Shown: positions 63,186 to 64,000 of the stretch, one piece after another
Numbering within the stretch: the first letter of the stretch is position 1
How the letters are laid out: each line of letters starts with the position of its first letter
Assembly (NCBI GenBank): GCA_037917685.1
Contig: JAVCBU010000003.1
Span: forward strand, 1,941 to 65,940
Origin: Thermoproteota archaeon
GTDB lineage: Archaea; Korarchaeota; Korarchaeia; Korarchaeales; JAOZGB01
Reading direction: 5' to 3'
Length of the DNA stretch: 64,000 bases
Translations under genes and position numbers: made by a program
The notes under the pieces: model-generated
Seen by the model: the letters and a program-made list of their open reading frames with translations, nothing else
Told to the model about the DNA's origin: nothing
Databases searched by the model: none

Positions 63186-64000
63186 GTGGACATAGTAGAA
63201 CTTTTATGCAAGCTGGTAGAGGTTGATACAACATCAAGGGACAGGAAAAACTACGACGTAATGGTAGATCTCATTTCAAACATCGCTGGAAACCTTGGCC
63301 TTAAAGCTGAGACCATACAGGGAAGCAATGGAATTCAACATTTAATGGTTACACTTCCAAATCAGCCCTCTAAAGGTAGGAAAATAGTGTTCTTAACACA
63401 TTACGACGTTGTATCACCCGGTGATGGATGGACTACAGACCCCTTTAAGCCTGTTGTCAAGGACGGCAAGGTTTATGGTAGGGGATCGTCAGACGACAAG
63501 TCATCGATAGCAGCTGCCCTTATGGCATTCCACGAAGCCCTGAAGGAAGGAATAACCCCTAAATTCAAGTCTGAACTTATAATTGCAGGTGGGGAGGAGA
63601 CCGGCGAGTCAGAGGAATTTTTCAGAAATATAGAAGCTGATATCGGTGTAGTATTGGATGTAGGCCCTGAGGGGCTCTCAATAGGGGCATCTGGCGCGGC
63701 AAGGATAGAAGTGCAGATACAGGGAAGCGGATGCCATTCGGCCTATCCTTACAAATGTGAAAACCCAATATACTTTGCAGCAGGCCTTATAAGAATGCTT
63801 GAGGGCTACGGCAGGTGGCTCGTCGAAAATATCAAGTCTAAATACGACGCTCCATGCTACTATGGAAAGCTACCGGCGAGGCTAAGTGTTACGGTCGTCA
63901 ACGCTGGGTACGAGTTCAATAGGATACCATCAAAAGCCACAATAATAATTGATAGAAGAACAATCCCGGAGGAAGACGCTCTAAAAGCCGGGGAGGAAAT
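63186..64000 (+). CDS. M20-family metallopeptidase/deacylase (ArgE/DapE/LysK-like), N-terminal part; continues beyond the window end
   Basis: Absent from the ORF track because the frame is open to the edge. GTG start at 63186. Motifs LVEVDTTS, VFLTHYDVV, GRGSSDDKSSIAAAL and GGEETG. Confidence 0.7.
   Translation, partial: MDIVELLCKLVEVDTTSRDRKNYDVMVDLISNIAGNLGLKAETIQGSNGIQHLMVTLPNQPSKGRKIVFLTHYDVVSPGDGWTTDPFKPVVKDGKVYGRGSSDDKSSIAAALMAFHEALKEGITPKFKSELIIAGGEETGESEEFFRNIEADIGVVLDVGPEGLSIGASGAARIEVQIQGSGCHSAYPYKCENPIYFAAGLIRMLEGYGRWLVENIKSKYDAPCYYGKLPARLSVTVVNAGYEFNRIPSKATIIIDRRTIPEEDALKAGEE

Noticed and set aside
62462-63211. 249-aa minus-strand ORF overlapping the TrkA-N gene
   Set aside because: The + strand frame has the GxGxxG Rossmann motif and TM helices. 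The minus frame is Ser-rich with no recognisable features.
1-64000. CRISPR arrays, rRNA genes, IS elements
   Set aside because: I scanned the intergenic regions by eye for regularly spaced direct repeats, terminal inverted repeats and transposase motifs. None was found. The only tandem repeats are those at 1368-1422 and 2308-2409.

Overview
The window is a 64-kb archaeal chromosomal segment, most likely from a thermophilic member of the Thermoproteota (Crenarchaeota-like). Supporting signs are an intron-containing tRNA, class V FBP aldolase/phosphatase, archaeal-type TIM, isopentenyl phosphate kinase, a nurA-herA-mre11-rad50 cluster, HEPN/MNT pairs, AT-rich TATA-like promoters and GGAGGTG-type SD motifs. 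Coding density is high on both strands. Housekeeping content includes gluconeogenesis (fbp, tpiA), a nucleoside/pentose cluster, RNA methyltransferases, an Lhr helicase, an ECF-type ABC transporter and an Ldh_2 dehydrogenase. These genes are interleaved with an unusually dense set of secreted or membrane-anchored proteins: a C25 peptidase, an FG-GAP/CARDB protein with a PEF-CTERM-like tail, DUF4350-like proteins, a 918-aa multi-Ig-like protein and a thioredoxin-fused surface protein. The strongest candidates for something undescribed are three. (1) A tightly coupled five-gene operon (13957-19925) whose products all start with pilin-like class III signal-peptide-type N-termini and carry many N-glycosylation sequons, with no assembly ATPase or platform gene nearby. 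A decayed partial second copy of this locus lies at 11024-12000. (2) A nurA-herA-mre11-rad50 cluster whose Rad50-like ATPase is short, has no CxxC zinc hook, and carries a two-helix hydrophobic hairpin at the coiled-coil apex. (3) A membrane-tethered zinc-ribbon protein with four OB folds, translationally coupled to a TctA/DUF112-like permease. Several genes are frame-disrupted or lack a canonical start (HEPN, mpg, a C25 paralog fragment, a PEF-CTERM remnant, a wHTH). No CRISPR array, rRNA gene or recognisable transposase/integrase was seen. All functional calls rest on motif recognition by eye; no database search was possible.
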